Assembly: GCA_951406725.2 (NCBI GenBank) | Contig: OX597828.1 | Location: 66,960,001-67,024,000 of the forward strand | DNA length: 64,000 bases | Direction of reading: 5' to 3' | From: Octopus vulgaris | Taxonomy: Eukaryota | Part shown: positions 29,301 to 41,635 of the stretch, piece after piece | Position numbering within the stretch: position 1 is the first letter of the stretch | Layout: every line of letters starts with the position of its first letter | Program-made: the position numbers and the translations under genes | Notes under the pieces: generated by a model | The model's input: only the letters and a program-made list of their open reading frames with translations | Told to the model about the DNA's origin: nothing | The model's database searches: none

Positions 29301-29894
29301 AAAATTTATGTTAGTTCGAAAAAATGAAAATAAAATAAGAAAAAAAAGAAGGTTTTGATTTTGTTTTTGCTTGGTTTGTGACATGTGTGTGAGTGTGTGT
29401 CATGTAAATTTCACGTAGTTGTGTAAAACTTTGGGATGTATGTGTAGTCCTATGGGTATCAAAATGTATATATGATTGTGTAGGCATTCGAGTGCATGCG
29501 TAATCACTCAATTTATGTACTCACTATTTTGGTCCGTTTCTATTTTATAATTTGTAAACTTTCCGGTGTTGATATCGTGTGTGTTTCGCACATGCTTCAT
29601 TGAGACACCTGTAGGAGAAACTGTACTTTGTATGGCAGTAAAATTTCATTTTTTTTTTTAGTATTTTCGTTAAAAGTCCGCTTCCTTCAAGTCTTACTCA
29701 GGTTCCTTTATCTAATTCGATCGATGTTATTGGATTAGTTTTGTTTTTGAATGGGGAGCCCGGTTTAGTACATCCATGTTGTTATTCAGTGAGGGCTCTA
29801 TTATTATTGATGTGGGCTCAATTATTATTCGTGCAGGCTCTATTCTTCTTCTTCTTCTTCTTCTTCTTCTTCTTCTTCTTCTTCTTCTTCTTCA

Positions 29895-30192
29895 TTATTA
29901 TTATTCTATGTTTGACTTTTGCCTTACATTTGTACAAGTTGGCTCCAAGTCTCACTCAGAAACCCCAAGAGACAACAGGTTGGAAGTTTATGTTGTTGTT
30001 ATGCCTAGTGTGCCATATATTAGGTTTTGTATTTAGTGTTGTACTAGTGAATGTCTATAAAAAAAAATTATGTTTGTTTTAAAACTTGAGATTACACAGA
30101 AAGTATTTTGCGTAGGATATGAGCAGTTCCCATGAGCACTATCTTTTGAATTTCTGCCATTTTAGGGTTTCCTGGTATCTGAGTTAGGTAGC
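29895..30192 (-). mobile_element. R4/Dong-like LINE C-terminus and 3' UTR
   Basis: YLTQIPGNPKMAEIQKIVLMGTAHILRKILSV*. Flanked by (TTA)n and (CTT)n. Confidence 0.82.
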
Positions 30193-30194
30193 AA

Positions 30195-30296
<102 letters not shown>

Positions 30297-30779
30297 GTTT
30301 GTCAAAGGGGCGCATCTAATGCGGGGGTTTGTCTATACAAGGACATTTTGCAATTCATGTAGGAAGTTACATAAAAAAAGGGATGTGGGGTGGTGACGGG
30401 AGAAAGAGAATGAAGCGGGAGAGAAAACATAAATGTATACTTAGTATACAAAAAAAAAAAAAAATAGACAGAGAGAAACAAAAATTGCTTTGGATGGCGA
30501 GAGATTTATCTATATAGATAATTTGTTTTTCTGCGATATATATATATATTTTTTAAGTGATTTTAGTCGTGTTTTTATTGAAGCTTTATTTATTCCTTCA
30601 CATTTATTTATTTCTATCTGACAATTTGTTATGGTTTACATAAAAAGAAAATATCATGTGATATCATTAATATTAATCAGAGGTATGATACCACTGTGTG
30701 TATGTGTGTGTATATTAAAACTAATGTCTACGTATTTTTTTTGACATTTTAATAAAAACAACACACAGATTGCTGAAGT

Positions 30780-30781
30780 CT

Positions 30782-30839
<58 letters not shown>

Positions 30840-31081
30840 ATACACAAACACACACGTACGCACACATATATACATACACATATGTTTATGCGTGCGCTTG
30901 CGCATGTATGTGTGCATGTATGTGTATTTTCATACATATGAATTTGCACATATGCATATAAATATATGTATATATATGTGTGTGCATATGTACAATATAT
31001 ACATACATATACACATACCTAGATATTTCTTTCTATCTATCTATCTATGTACCTACCTGTTTGTTTATTGCTCTCTCTCTT

Positions 31082-31130
<49 letters not shown>

Positions 31131-31302
31131 GCATACATACATACACACACATATATAAGTATGTATCTATCCATCTGAATATATATATCCATATATATTT
31201 ATACATATCTCTCTCTCTATATGTGTGTGTGTGTATATATACACAATTATATATATATATACACACACACAATGTATATACATATGTATACACATCTATC
31301 TA

Positions 31303-31337
<35 letters not shown>

Positions 31338-31368
31338 CTGTGTATATATACATATATCTGTATATATA

Positions 31369-31400
<32 letters not shown>

Positions 31401-31546
31401 CATACACACACATATATATAAGTATGTATGTATGTATGTATCTATCTGTTTATCTCTTTCTCTCTCTCTCTCTACATATGTATATGTGTGTGTATGTGTG
31501 TATGTTTGTATTTATATATGTGTATATGCATGTGTATATATATATG

Positions 31547-31595
<49 letters not shown>

Positions 31596-31742
31596 GTGTG
31601 TATATATATATATATGTATTATATAATGCGTATGTTTGTTTAAGTGTAATGGAAGGAGAATGCACTTTAGTCACATTATAGAAATAAAAAATATATTGAA
31701 ACCGCAACTAAATTATACAGAAAACACGCATACACATTACGA

Positions 31743-31790
<48 letters not shown>
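30780..31790. repeat. Compound (TA)/(TG)/(TC)/(CA) microsatellite field
   Basis: Direct inspection. Confidence 0.9.
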
Positions 31791-31791
<1 letters not shown>

Positions 31792-32334
31792 TCACTCCCC
31801 ATACACACAAACAGTATTGAAATGTCACAAGTGACAGGCACATAACATATATCACATTAACAGTTCTAGTTTACCCATCGCCATCGCCACCACCACCACC
31901 ACATCCACCACTGTCATCATCAACCTCATCATCATCATCATCACAACACCGGTAATCACCTCCACAACCGGCTTCATAAGGACTACCACTACCACCATCA
32001 TCATCATCATCACCTTTCTCCTATGAAAATTTTTTTTTGCCAATCATTTACACTATTTTTGACATCCCAAACTGCTGGATTCCGGATCCTATTCCTTTTC
32101 AGATCTTCCTCAATTTCCTTCCTAGGGTTATATATTGACGTATCTCCTACATCCTGCTTCAGCTGACGATTTTTTAAAAAATGTATCTAATTTTTTTAAA
32201 GATCTCTGTGCAACTTCACAGAAAAATAATCAAAAATTCCTCCAGAAAAGATCCTTAATTAAGTATCACATAAATAGGCTGCGATAGAGTTTACTCGGTA
32301 AATAATGCAATATCTACTTTCCCTATATTTAGTG

Positions 32335-32657
32335 AAGACAGATAGCTCAGTGGTTAGAGTGGCGGGCTCACAATCAAGAGGTAGTGAGTTCAATTCGCGG
32401 ACCGGTCTCTGTGTTGTCTTCTTAAGCAGGACATTTTATTCCATGTTAGTTCAGTTCACTCAGCTGCAGGAATGAGTTGCAACGTGTCACTGACGCTAAA
32501 CTATATCTTAGATAACATCGGTGGCATGGAGAGGGGAGTCTGGTATGCATGGGTGATTGCTGGTCTTCCATAAACAACTCTGCCAGGACTTGTGCCTCGA
32601 GAGTAACTTTCTAGGTGCAATCCCATGATCATTCATGACCGAAGCGGGGTCTTTTAC
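32335..32657 (+). mobile_element. tRNA-derived SINE family D
   Basis: TAGCTCAGTGGTTAGAG (A box)...GAGTTCAATTC (B box), then a CAGTTCACTCAGCTG...AATGAGT central domain. Confidence 0.7.
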
Positions 32658-33075
32658 ATTTTTTATATCCTAGTAATCATTCTTCTCCAAATTAGTATCC
32701 TTCGTATGTAAAACTTCACATATGGAATAATTTATTCTATATCCAGGAAGATGTTAGGATGTTATCTACTTACAGATTCAAGGTTGATTTGTGTAGCTAA
32801 AATTTGGATTTCACTTAAGGTTGAAGTATTCTACCATATTGTGCCCAATACCTTGACCTTACAAATAAATTCTGCATATTTTATATTTCTGAATTATATT
32901 TGACTGAGTGACCCTCAATTGTACACACATATCACTGAAATTTATAACTTTTTACTATACTTAAGGCTATTGGATGAAATATACTCTGACCTTCTTTAGA
33001 ATTTAGTATTCATGATTCGAAATTCAAACCTTCGGGTCATCATAGCCAATGACCGATTTTATAGTCATATCAGAC

Positions 33076-33341
33076 TTCTGTAGTTTGTAAGCCATTTGTT
33101 GTTTAATTTCTTGCATTTCGGCAATTTCAACCTATCAGTGACGTCTATTGAGGTGAATACAATTTCTGCCGTAGTGTGTCAACAACATTTTCAACAAATG
33201 GCTTACAAACTACAGAATTTTCTCAATAAAGCCTAGAGAATAAGATGTTTTATAAACACATTCTACCAGTATACGAAGTTTAAAAGTGTTTAGTTACAAA
33301 GAAATTATTTTAAAAATCTGCCGGTCAAAGTGAAAAGATCC
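33076..33341. mobile_element. Truncated long-TIR non-autonomous DNA element
   Basis: Perfect 26-bp inverted repeat at 33076-33101 and 33192-33217. Ends GAAAAGATCC where the Gypsy pol reading breaks off. Confidence 0.55.
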
Positions 33342-33342
33342 C

Positions 33343-34862
33343 AATCTTCCTCTAACTGAATTTGAAGGTCTAACTTCGGGAAAATTTTCCCTCTGTTTGG
33401 TTTAGCAAATACTTCTGGGCTTGGTAGTGGGTAATTGTGTGCGAGTAAAGAGTCGTTTAATCCAGTTGAGAAGTCTGCGCACAATCTTAGCTATTTTTTG
33501 TTTTTCACGTAGACCGCCAGTGTTACTCAGTCTGTATGAGCAATCTTTTCAATTATATTCAGGCTTTCCAACCTTTCTAGTTCTTTATTGATCTGTTCTA
33601 CCGCTGCAAACGGCACATTCCGTTTGCGTCTGAGAATAAGCGTTCAATTTTCTTTGATAGAAATCCTTGCTTTTGCTTTTGTGCAACAGCCTAAAACTTC
33701 TGAAAAAAACTTTTGGGAATGTTTCTTTCAATTTTTCGTCTCGGTTCGTCGACCTCGTTCGATCGTTTGACTGCTCCGTTTACATTATTGTACAAAACGC
33801 TTATGGGTGTATCCCATAAACTAAATTTCTTCATACATTCGGTGTCAAATAAATTCATAGATTTTTTTCAACACATAAACACACTTTCTGGTTTGACCTT
33901 TGAACATTATATCACAAACGTTTTTGCCCCTGAAATATTATCTTCTTCATGTAACACCATTCGTTATTTTGTTTGGATTAGCCCCTTGTGGGTAGTAAAG
34001 AAATAGGTATTTTGTTTGGACTACATAATTTTGGTTTACCCATTTGCCCCTCCCCCCGTTTTCTCATTTATGATTGTGATATCATTTCCTGTGTCTAATT
34101 CCGTTCTGACACTAGTGGTTTCAATTCTGACACTGACAAATTTTCTGTTTTACTGCTGACAAACTATTTATTTTTTCTTGTTTGTTCCATTTTCCTGACA
34201 TTTTTGTTTCAAAAAATGTGTTCAAATCTTCGAAAGTAAGTCTCGAAAGTTACTCCTTCTTCGGGGGCATATTTGAATTCGCTCATGGAACGTGCTACAT
34301 GGTCAGGCGAAAATTCATTCTTCGATTTGGTTATCAACTTCATTAGCTGTACCATTTGTTGCTGCAATCTTTGTTGTTATTCTCGTTGTTCCTTGAGTTG
34401 TTATTGTTGCTGTTTTTGCAACTCAACTAACCCAGCTAACAAGTCTTCCATTTTTTACTATTTTCGTAAAATTGCATAACGAGTTTTTCGTTTTTTTTGT
34501 CTAGTTATTTAATTTTTCACATTCCGTGTGAATGTTTTTTTTTTCAGTTCACGTAAATTTGTTTTTCCTCGTCGCCACTGTTGTAAAAGTGGATTCCTCC
34601 CATTGGTGTGATGTGTGACTGTCGTTGTACTGTAGTTGCTGGTTTACGCTAGTAGCCACAACAGTTACTAGTCTTCAGACACCGTTGTATTCTTCGTACC
34701 GGAATAGTAATATACTAAATTCTGTCTTACAATCGCTGATAGCTCCATAAGACACCGACTGGAAATGTCGACTCTCAACTCTTCGACTCTCGACCCTCTA
34801 TTTATAGTGACTGGTTCCAACCACTTTTTACTGGGAGGGGTTTGCAGTTTCACTATACATCA
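33343..34862 (-). mobile_element. Gypsy (Mag-like) LTR retrotransposon, 5' half: LTR, PBS, gag start, protease, RT N-terminus (pseudogenised)
   Basis: LTR 34579-34862 TGATGTA...TACAACA with TATAAATAG. PBS TGGCGACGAGG at 34567-34577. gag MEDLLAGL..SMSEFKY..EEGVTFETYFRRFE. Protease LDTGNDITII (LDTG at 34087-34098). RT LRLCADFSTGLN..YPLPSPE..KLDL. Confidence 0.92.
34567..34577 (-). promoter_or_regulatory. Primer-binding site complementary to the 3' end of tRNA-Ser(GCU)
   Basis: TGGCGACGAGG one nt after the LTR-terminal CA. Animal tRNA-Ser(GCU) ends ...CCUCGUCGCCA. Confidence 0.85.
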
Positions 34863-35289
34863 CACTGTACACAGCCACTCTCGTATCTCACACGATTTCC
34901 AAAGTCATTTTCTGCACTTCCTGTCGTATGTCCATTTCATGTTGTCTTCCCAAGAGAACGTCAGATCATCATTGAGGACACTTTTTCAAGTCAAATCATA
35001 CCATAACCTTAGGGTGTTGCTTCGTAACTGTAAAGTAGCCGGGGAGGGGGGTACAATGGACCCTTTCGTCAAATCCGCCTTCATTAGCACCATTGCGCCC
35101 GTAATGTATTGTTGCATGTATATATGCCTTCCTGTACCTGTCTACCTATCTACGTGTCTCTCTGCTTATTTCTACACTTATGTCTTCCTGCTTCCATTCT
35201 TAACTTTCAATCCTGTGTCTCTTCTCTTCTCTCTTTACGCTCCTGCCTTGCCATTTCCCGACCTCCTCGAAGAAAACAACGTAGTATAA

Positions 35290-35590
35290 ATTGATGCCGA
35301 TTGCACTGTCGCTACTGCATTCCTCTTTACTGTGCCCAAGATTTGGTATTCCTGCCAGAAACATTGTACCAGAGATGACTTGAATACTGTTAGAACATGC
35401 ACCGAAGATGTATAGCTCCCCACACACCTGTCCTGCAATCTACATCACTCCCAGGATAAATCGTAACCTAGCTAATTCTATTTTCCATAACATGCTCCAC
35501 TATCGCTTCTTTTGACCAGCTGTCATTCATCCCGTCCACGCGCACTATTCTCTTAAACGTACTCCTTTAGTCATGGTTATTTCCTCGTCA
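35290..35590 (-). mobile_element. Decayed REL non-LTR fragment (HERO-like)
   Basis: WSMLWKIELARLRFILGVM*..RCVGSYTSSVHVLTVFKSSLVQ resembles the pre-knuckle and knuckle region of HERO-clade elements. Confidence 0.45.
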
Positions 35591-35609
35591 GTATGGTGGA
35601 TTTCTATTC

Positions 35610-36010
35610 CAATTCAATTCAATTCAATTTTTATTGGCTCAAAAAGCAAAAGCAAGGCTATGTAGGGGGACAGGGATGGTGGTCATACAAAGAATTCAGG
35701 CCATTTCTGGTCAAGAGAGACTTTGAACCGAGCGGTCGTCGGCATCTTCACCATCTCGTCCGGCAGCTTATTCCACGGATCCGCAACCCAGATGGAGAAA
35801 GCCCCTCTCCTTCGATTGAGATGAAATCGTCGTAGATAGAGCTTTTCGGAGTGACCCCCGCAGCCCACACTCTGGAGCAGGAGTGAAGAACAGCTCTTTC
35901 GAGAGGTTACACTTTCCACTTATGATGTTGTGAGCGAGAATGAGATCACCACGGCGTCGTCGTTTTTCGAGAGAATAAAGGTCGAGCGTCTTCAGCCTTC
36001 CTTTGATACT
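35610..36010 (-). mobile_element. CR1-group LINE 3' end
   Basis: LKTLDLYSLEKRRRRGDLI..RGH..KL..FSIWVADPWNKLPDEMV..FKVSLD, then AATAAA and an (ATTGA)n tail. Confidence 0.9.
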
Positions 36011-36697
36011 CTGGTGATAATTTGTTGCATACATGTCCCACCGATGTTTTTTATTTTTTTTTGTTGCACAGCAGCCACCACCACTTCCATTTCTTGGGTG
36101 ATTTCGTTTATTCAACTGCTTGTACACTTCTCTATTTCCTTCCTGTCGACTCTACTCAATGATCTGCAACGACAACGGAATTTACAGATTCTCGAAGCAT
36201 CATGAGGTAGCGTGATTCTCATCCTTTGACCTCCTTCACTAGCGATGTTAAAGGCCAGCTGGAGCTTTGCAGTTGCGCTGTACAGTGCTGTTCGTGTAAT
36301 CAATGGAAATTTGACCATATACACACGTCCACTCTCCATACAAATAAACAATGACTCACGTATACTTAAATTCGCACGCACGTACACATAACGCTTATAT
36401 ACATAAGCGCACCTGCGCTTCAAATTATGCGCGCATTTGTTCCGATATGTGTGTGTGTGTGTGTGTGTGAATATATGTATGTATATATATGTATATATAT
36501 ATATATATAAAATAAATATCACATATATATATATGTATATATATATATAAAATAGATATCATATATATATATATACAATAGATATCATATATATATAAAA
36601 TAAATATCATATATATATATACACACACACACATATATATATATATAAAATAAATACCATATTTATATATATGTTTATATATATAAAATAAATATCA

Positions 36698-36733
<36 letters not shown>

Positions 36734-36799
36734 AAATAAATATCATATATATATATATAAAATATATATCATATATATATAGATATATATATATATACA

Positions 36800-36834
<35 letters not shown>

Positions 36835-37184
36835 ATATATATATATGTATTATTTACAAGGATATGTTTACACGCAATCTTCAAACATTCAATTATATAG
36901 ACATTCACTCCACCCCACCCACTACATTCTCCTCCTCCTCCTCTCCCGCACATATTAATCGAACCTATTTACATATGTACTTACGCACCTCCTCCCACCT
37001 AACTATATGCGCATTTTCAATCATCTATATTATATATTTCTCTGTAAAACTTTGTTTACATAAATACCGTTCTCTACACCTCCACACAAGCTTAAACATA
37101 CGAGCCCACTTGGCAGACTCATATAATCGTACGTGTCTGCATGCATATGGACATATGCATACATACGAACACTTCAGGTTTACA

Positions 37185-37564
37185 TATGTATGTGTATGCA
37201 TGTATGTATGTATGTATGTATGTATGTATGTATGTATGTATGTATGTATGTATGTATGCATGCATGCATGCATGCATGTATGTATGTATGTATGTATGTG
37301 TATGTATGTATGCATGCATGCATGCATGCATGCATGTATGTATGTCTGTATGTATGTATGTATGTATGTATGTATGCATGCATGCATGCATGCATGTATG
37401 TATGTATGTATGTATGTATGTATGTATGTATGTATGTATGTATGCATGCATGCATGTATGCATGTATGTATGTATGTATGCATGCATGCATGCATGCATG
37501 CATGTATGTCTGTATGTCTGTCTGTATGTATGTATGCATGCATGCATGCATGCATGTATGTATG

Positions 37565-37595
<31 letters not shown>

Positions 37596-37856
37596 GTTAA
37601 TCCAAACATGAAAGCACAAAAAAGCACAACAACGCGAGTACGTGGAACAAGTATAGTATTATTGGACGCTCAGGAAAGAAGGAGGGCTTAACATTTCGAG
37701 CGGAGCTCTTCGTCGGAAACATAGGAGAAGGAAAGATCCAAGGAAGGGAAGACGGAGGAAAAAAATCGCCAACGGTACACACGCGGTCACATTTTGAATG
37801 TATGTATGTATGTATGTATGTATGTATGTATGTATGTATGTATGTATGTATGTATG

Positions 37857-37912
<56 letters not shown>
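37185..37912. repeat. (TATG)/(CATG)n and (TA)n arrays enclosing a ~200-bp unique module (37593-37797)
   Basis: Direct inspection. Confidence 0.9.
37686..37720 (-). ncRNA. Minimal hammerhead-like motif (atypical core)
   Basis: Minus: GTTT-CCGACGA-A-GAGC(TCC)GCTC-GAAAT-GTT-AAGC. Helix I GTTT/AAGC, no helix III loop. Confidence 0.55.
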
Positions 37913-37915
<3 letters not shown>

Positions 37916-38147
37916 AGAGACAGTTTTGTGCCATTCATACCATGGGCTCCTAGAGAGCGTTTGTCGAAAAGTTTGCTGCGCATTTGTTTGGAGATTTAAG
38001 TTCCTGGATTTTCCTGAAGAGAAAGCTGCAAAATGGTCTCCTTATTCAATCCGAATTAGGGAATTTGCAGCCTTTGAAACATATGTAGAAAATAATAAAA
38101 AGGAATTTTGTAAAATCTTCGTTGAGCTCCATTTCTTCCCTCACTAA

Positions 38148-38196
<49 letters not shown>

Positions 38197-38400
38197 AGTG
38201 GAAAGACCACCAGGTGGCTCCCTCTGGTGGTCTTTCCTCGTATTTATATATTTAAATATAATTTATAGTCCTCGGACATTTTAAAGTCTGCTGGCCACTG
38301 GTTTAAATTAATATTGTTAAATAATATTAATTTCTACCATCATTATTTAATTATATATATATGCATGCATATATATCTATATCCCCACTAAAATATTTTC

Positions 38401-38474
<74 letters not shown>

Positions 38475-38585
38475 ATTTATATAAATGAGGATAAGATCGT
38501 TAATTTAAAATAAAATAACGATTTCATCAAGTGGCCAGCATGGAAAAAATAACCTTCAAAGGTAATAATTATCAAAATTATAAAT

Positions 38586-38926
38586 TAGGGTATCTACGAG
38601 ATACCACCATGCTGAATATAGCAGCCATGATCTGACTCTAGAACGACCTTCAGTGTCCATATCGCAAACACGGAGAGAAAACAAATAGACAAGATGAAGC
38701 TAGTAAAAAATTACTTGATAATTCTAGATCCCGGATTTCTGACGAGGCAAATCATTCCTAAATGCAAAGTCAGAAATCCGGGATCTAGAATTATCCAGTA
38801 ATTTTTTACTAGCTTCATCTTTTCTCTTTGTTTTCTCTCCGTGTTTGCAATATGGACAATTAAGGTGATTTTAGAGTCAGGTTATGGCTGCTATTTTTAG
38901 CATGGTGGTATCTCGTAGATACCCTA
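38586..38926. repeat. Large foldback palindrome (158-bp arms, 25-nt spacer) between (TA)n arrays
   Basis: Arms 38586-38743 and 38769-38926, about 13 mismatches by manual comparison. Confidence 0.95.
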
Positions 38927-38932
38927 TTTATA

Positions 38933-39028
<96 letters not shown>

Positions 39029-39043
39029 CCATCACCTATTCTA

Positions 39044-39579
39044 CAGAGTGTCCCAAAAAAATGTATACACACCTTAAATAATTGTAAATTTGGGGTTTAT
39101 TATAATTCGAATAATTTTCAACATGTAAAAGAATTTACAAATATCATTCTATTGTCTTGTTATCGCATGTTCTCAAACTGATGTCCGTTCTGCTCCAGAC
39201 ACTGCTGACAACGCGAAGCGATGGAATGGCACACATCATGGAACAATTCCCTTGGGATATTCGTACATTCATGTTCAATGGTTGCCCTCAATTGAACGAC
39301 AGTTGCAGGTTTCTGTGCGTAGACTTTGTCCTTTAGGTATCCCCATAAAAAGAAGTCTAGTGGTGTGAGGTCTGGTGAACGTGGAGGGTATTCGACAAAA
39401 CCTCTCCGTCCAATCCACCTGTTTGGCAAGATCCCATCAAGAAAGGATCTAACATCGCGATGGTAGTGTGGAGGTGCCCCATCTTGCTGGAAATAAAACT
39501 CTTCCTGTTCAAAGTCCTCTCTAATGCTTGATATGACAGACTGTTGCAGCAAGTGTATACATTTTTTGGGGACACCCTG
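39044..39579 (-). mobile_element. Tc1/mariner DD41D (rosa-like) element, internally deleted
   Basis: TA-flanked TIRs CAG(A/G)GTGTCCC..AAAAATGTATACAC. ORF 39160-39552 FQQDGAPPH...PPRSPDLTPLDFFLWG has 41 residues between the last two Asp. Confidence 0.92.
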
Positions 39580-39581
39580 TA

Positions 39582-39738
39582 TATCGACCCCAGTGCGTAA
39601 CTGGTACTTAATTTATCGACTCCGAAAGGATGAAAGGCAAAGTAGACCTCGGCAGAATTTGAACTTAGAACGTAAAGACAGACGAAATACAACTAGGCAT
39701 TTCGCCCGGCGTTCTAACGTTTCTGCCAGCTCGCCGCC
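39582..39738 (-). mobile_element. SINE family B, 5' part
   Basis: Head GGCGGCGAGCTGGCAGAAACGTTAG on the minus strand. Confidence 0.88.
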
Positions 39739-40920
39739 TTAATTTTTTTCTATTTCTGTCTCTTTCTTTTTGTCCTTATAATTTAGACCAATCTTTACCC
39801 AATCTTACTGACCCCATTCCTCTGCTAGCTGCATCTACTTTTCCGTTTCCCTCTCTTCGCCCTTCCCATCTTGTTTGTGTGTGTGTGTGTGTCCCCTCTT
39901 GTCCAACCCTTGCCTTTCATTGTCACTTATTCCCTAGCTCCCATCTCGACTGTCCTCGATCTTGTAAGAAAAAAAAATATTGGTTGCCTTGCGCTCTTAA
40001 CTCACACTTCACTGCCTGCTCTATCGTACTATCCCCTCACTACTCACACCACCTCTCTGTGGTTTTTTTCTCCTAGCTCTTCTCCTACAGATTTCCAATA
40101 CATCCATCTTTTTCTCATATGCAAGTTCATAATCCAGGCAGCAACACAGCTATATATATATGTTTTCCTTTCCGAAGAAGGAAAATGTCCAGATCGTTAT
40201 GTTATTTCTTTCCTCGAGGAAAACCAACTCACTGAACTCTTATACAAACACTCTTCTGGATTATATTTGCCAACACAAACAATCACCAGTAAACACAGAT
40301 TTCAGGATTTTCCTATATATCGATTTACCTATCAGTAGATCTATGTGCATAGCAATGAATTTCTCTCTGCCTATGTATCTATTTGCACACTAATGCATCT
40401 ATCTATCTGTGAATCTAGTTATACACATTTTTACCTATATACTTATTAATCTACTTAGTTATCTGTTTATCTATCTATAGAATTATCCATCTTTCCTCTG
40501 TTTCCGCTTTTGCCTATTTATCTGTTGCTGTATATATCTCGATCTGTCTATCTTTCTATCATTATAACAATCGATATATCTTGGTTAAAATGCCTTTTAA
40601 GTTGTTTTTCTGATATTTCCTACTTGTTCGAGTTTGTTCCAAAATAATCCCGCAAGCTTACATCGTAACTCGGAACATCGTAACTCGGAACATGTCAACT
40701 TAGCGTCAAAGACTCGTGAAGTACTTTTGTGACTTTAAGACTCAAACATACCATTTCAAAATTGGCTATTACCAACGCGCATTTTAATTCATTTATATAT
40801 ATGTGTATGTATGTATGCACGCATGTATGTATGTATGTATGTATGTATGTATGTATGTATGTATGTATGTATGTATGTATGTATGTATGTATGTATGTAT
40901 GTATGCATGCATGTATGTAT

Positions 40921-41025
40921 GTTATTATTCAGTTTATTCCAAGATTTATTGCCAATAGAGAAAAAAACCGGTTTCTAACCTAGATTCAAGGCGCTTTCAT
41001 TGGAATTTCAACTTCAACAACAGGG

Positions 41026-41059
<34 letters not shown>

Positions 41060-41177
41060 TGAATGTATGTATGTATGTATGTATGAATGTATGTATGTAT
41101 GTATGTATGTATGTATGTATGTATGTATGTATGTATGTATGAATGTATGTATGTATGTATGTATGTATGAATGTATG

Positions 41178-41211
<34 letters not shown>

Positions 41212-41289
41212 TGAATGTATGTATGTATGTATGTATGAATGTATGTATGTATGTATGTATGTATGTATGTATGTATGTATGAATGTATG

Positions 41290-41323
<34 letters not shown>

Positions 41324-41601
41324 TGTATGTATGTATGTATGTATGTATGTATGTATGTATGTATGTATGTATGTATGTATGTATGTATGTATGTATGTAT
41401 GTATGTATGTATGTATGTATGTATGTATGTATGAATGTATGTATGTATGTATGTATGTATGTATGTATGAATGTATGTATGTATGTATGTATGAATGTAT
41501 GTATGTATGTATGAATGTATGTATGTATGTATGTATGTATGTATGTATGTATGTATGTATGTATGTATGTATGTATGTATGAATGTATGTATGTATGTAT
41601 G

Positions 41602-41635
<34 letters not shown>

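Noticed and set aside
38739-38775. Complete hammerhead in the palindrome loop
   Set aside because: CTGACGAG is present but the GAAA box is missing, and the GTC is explained by the inverted arm.
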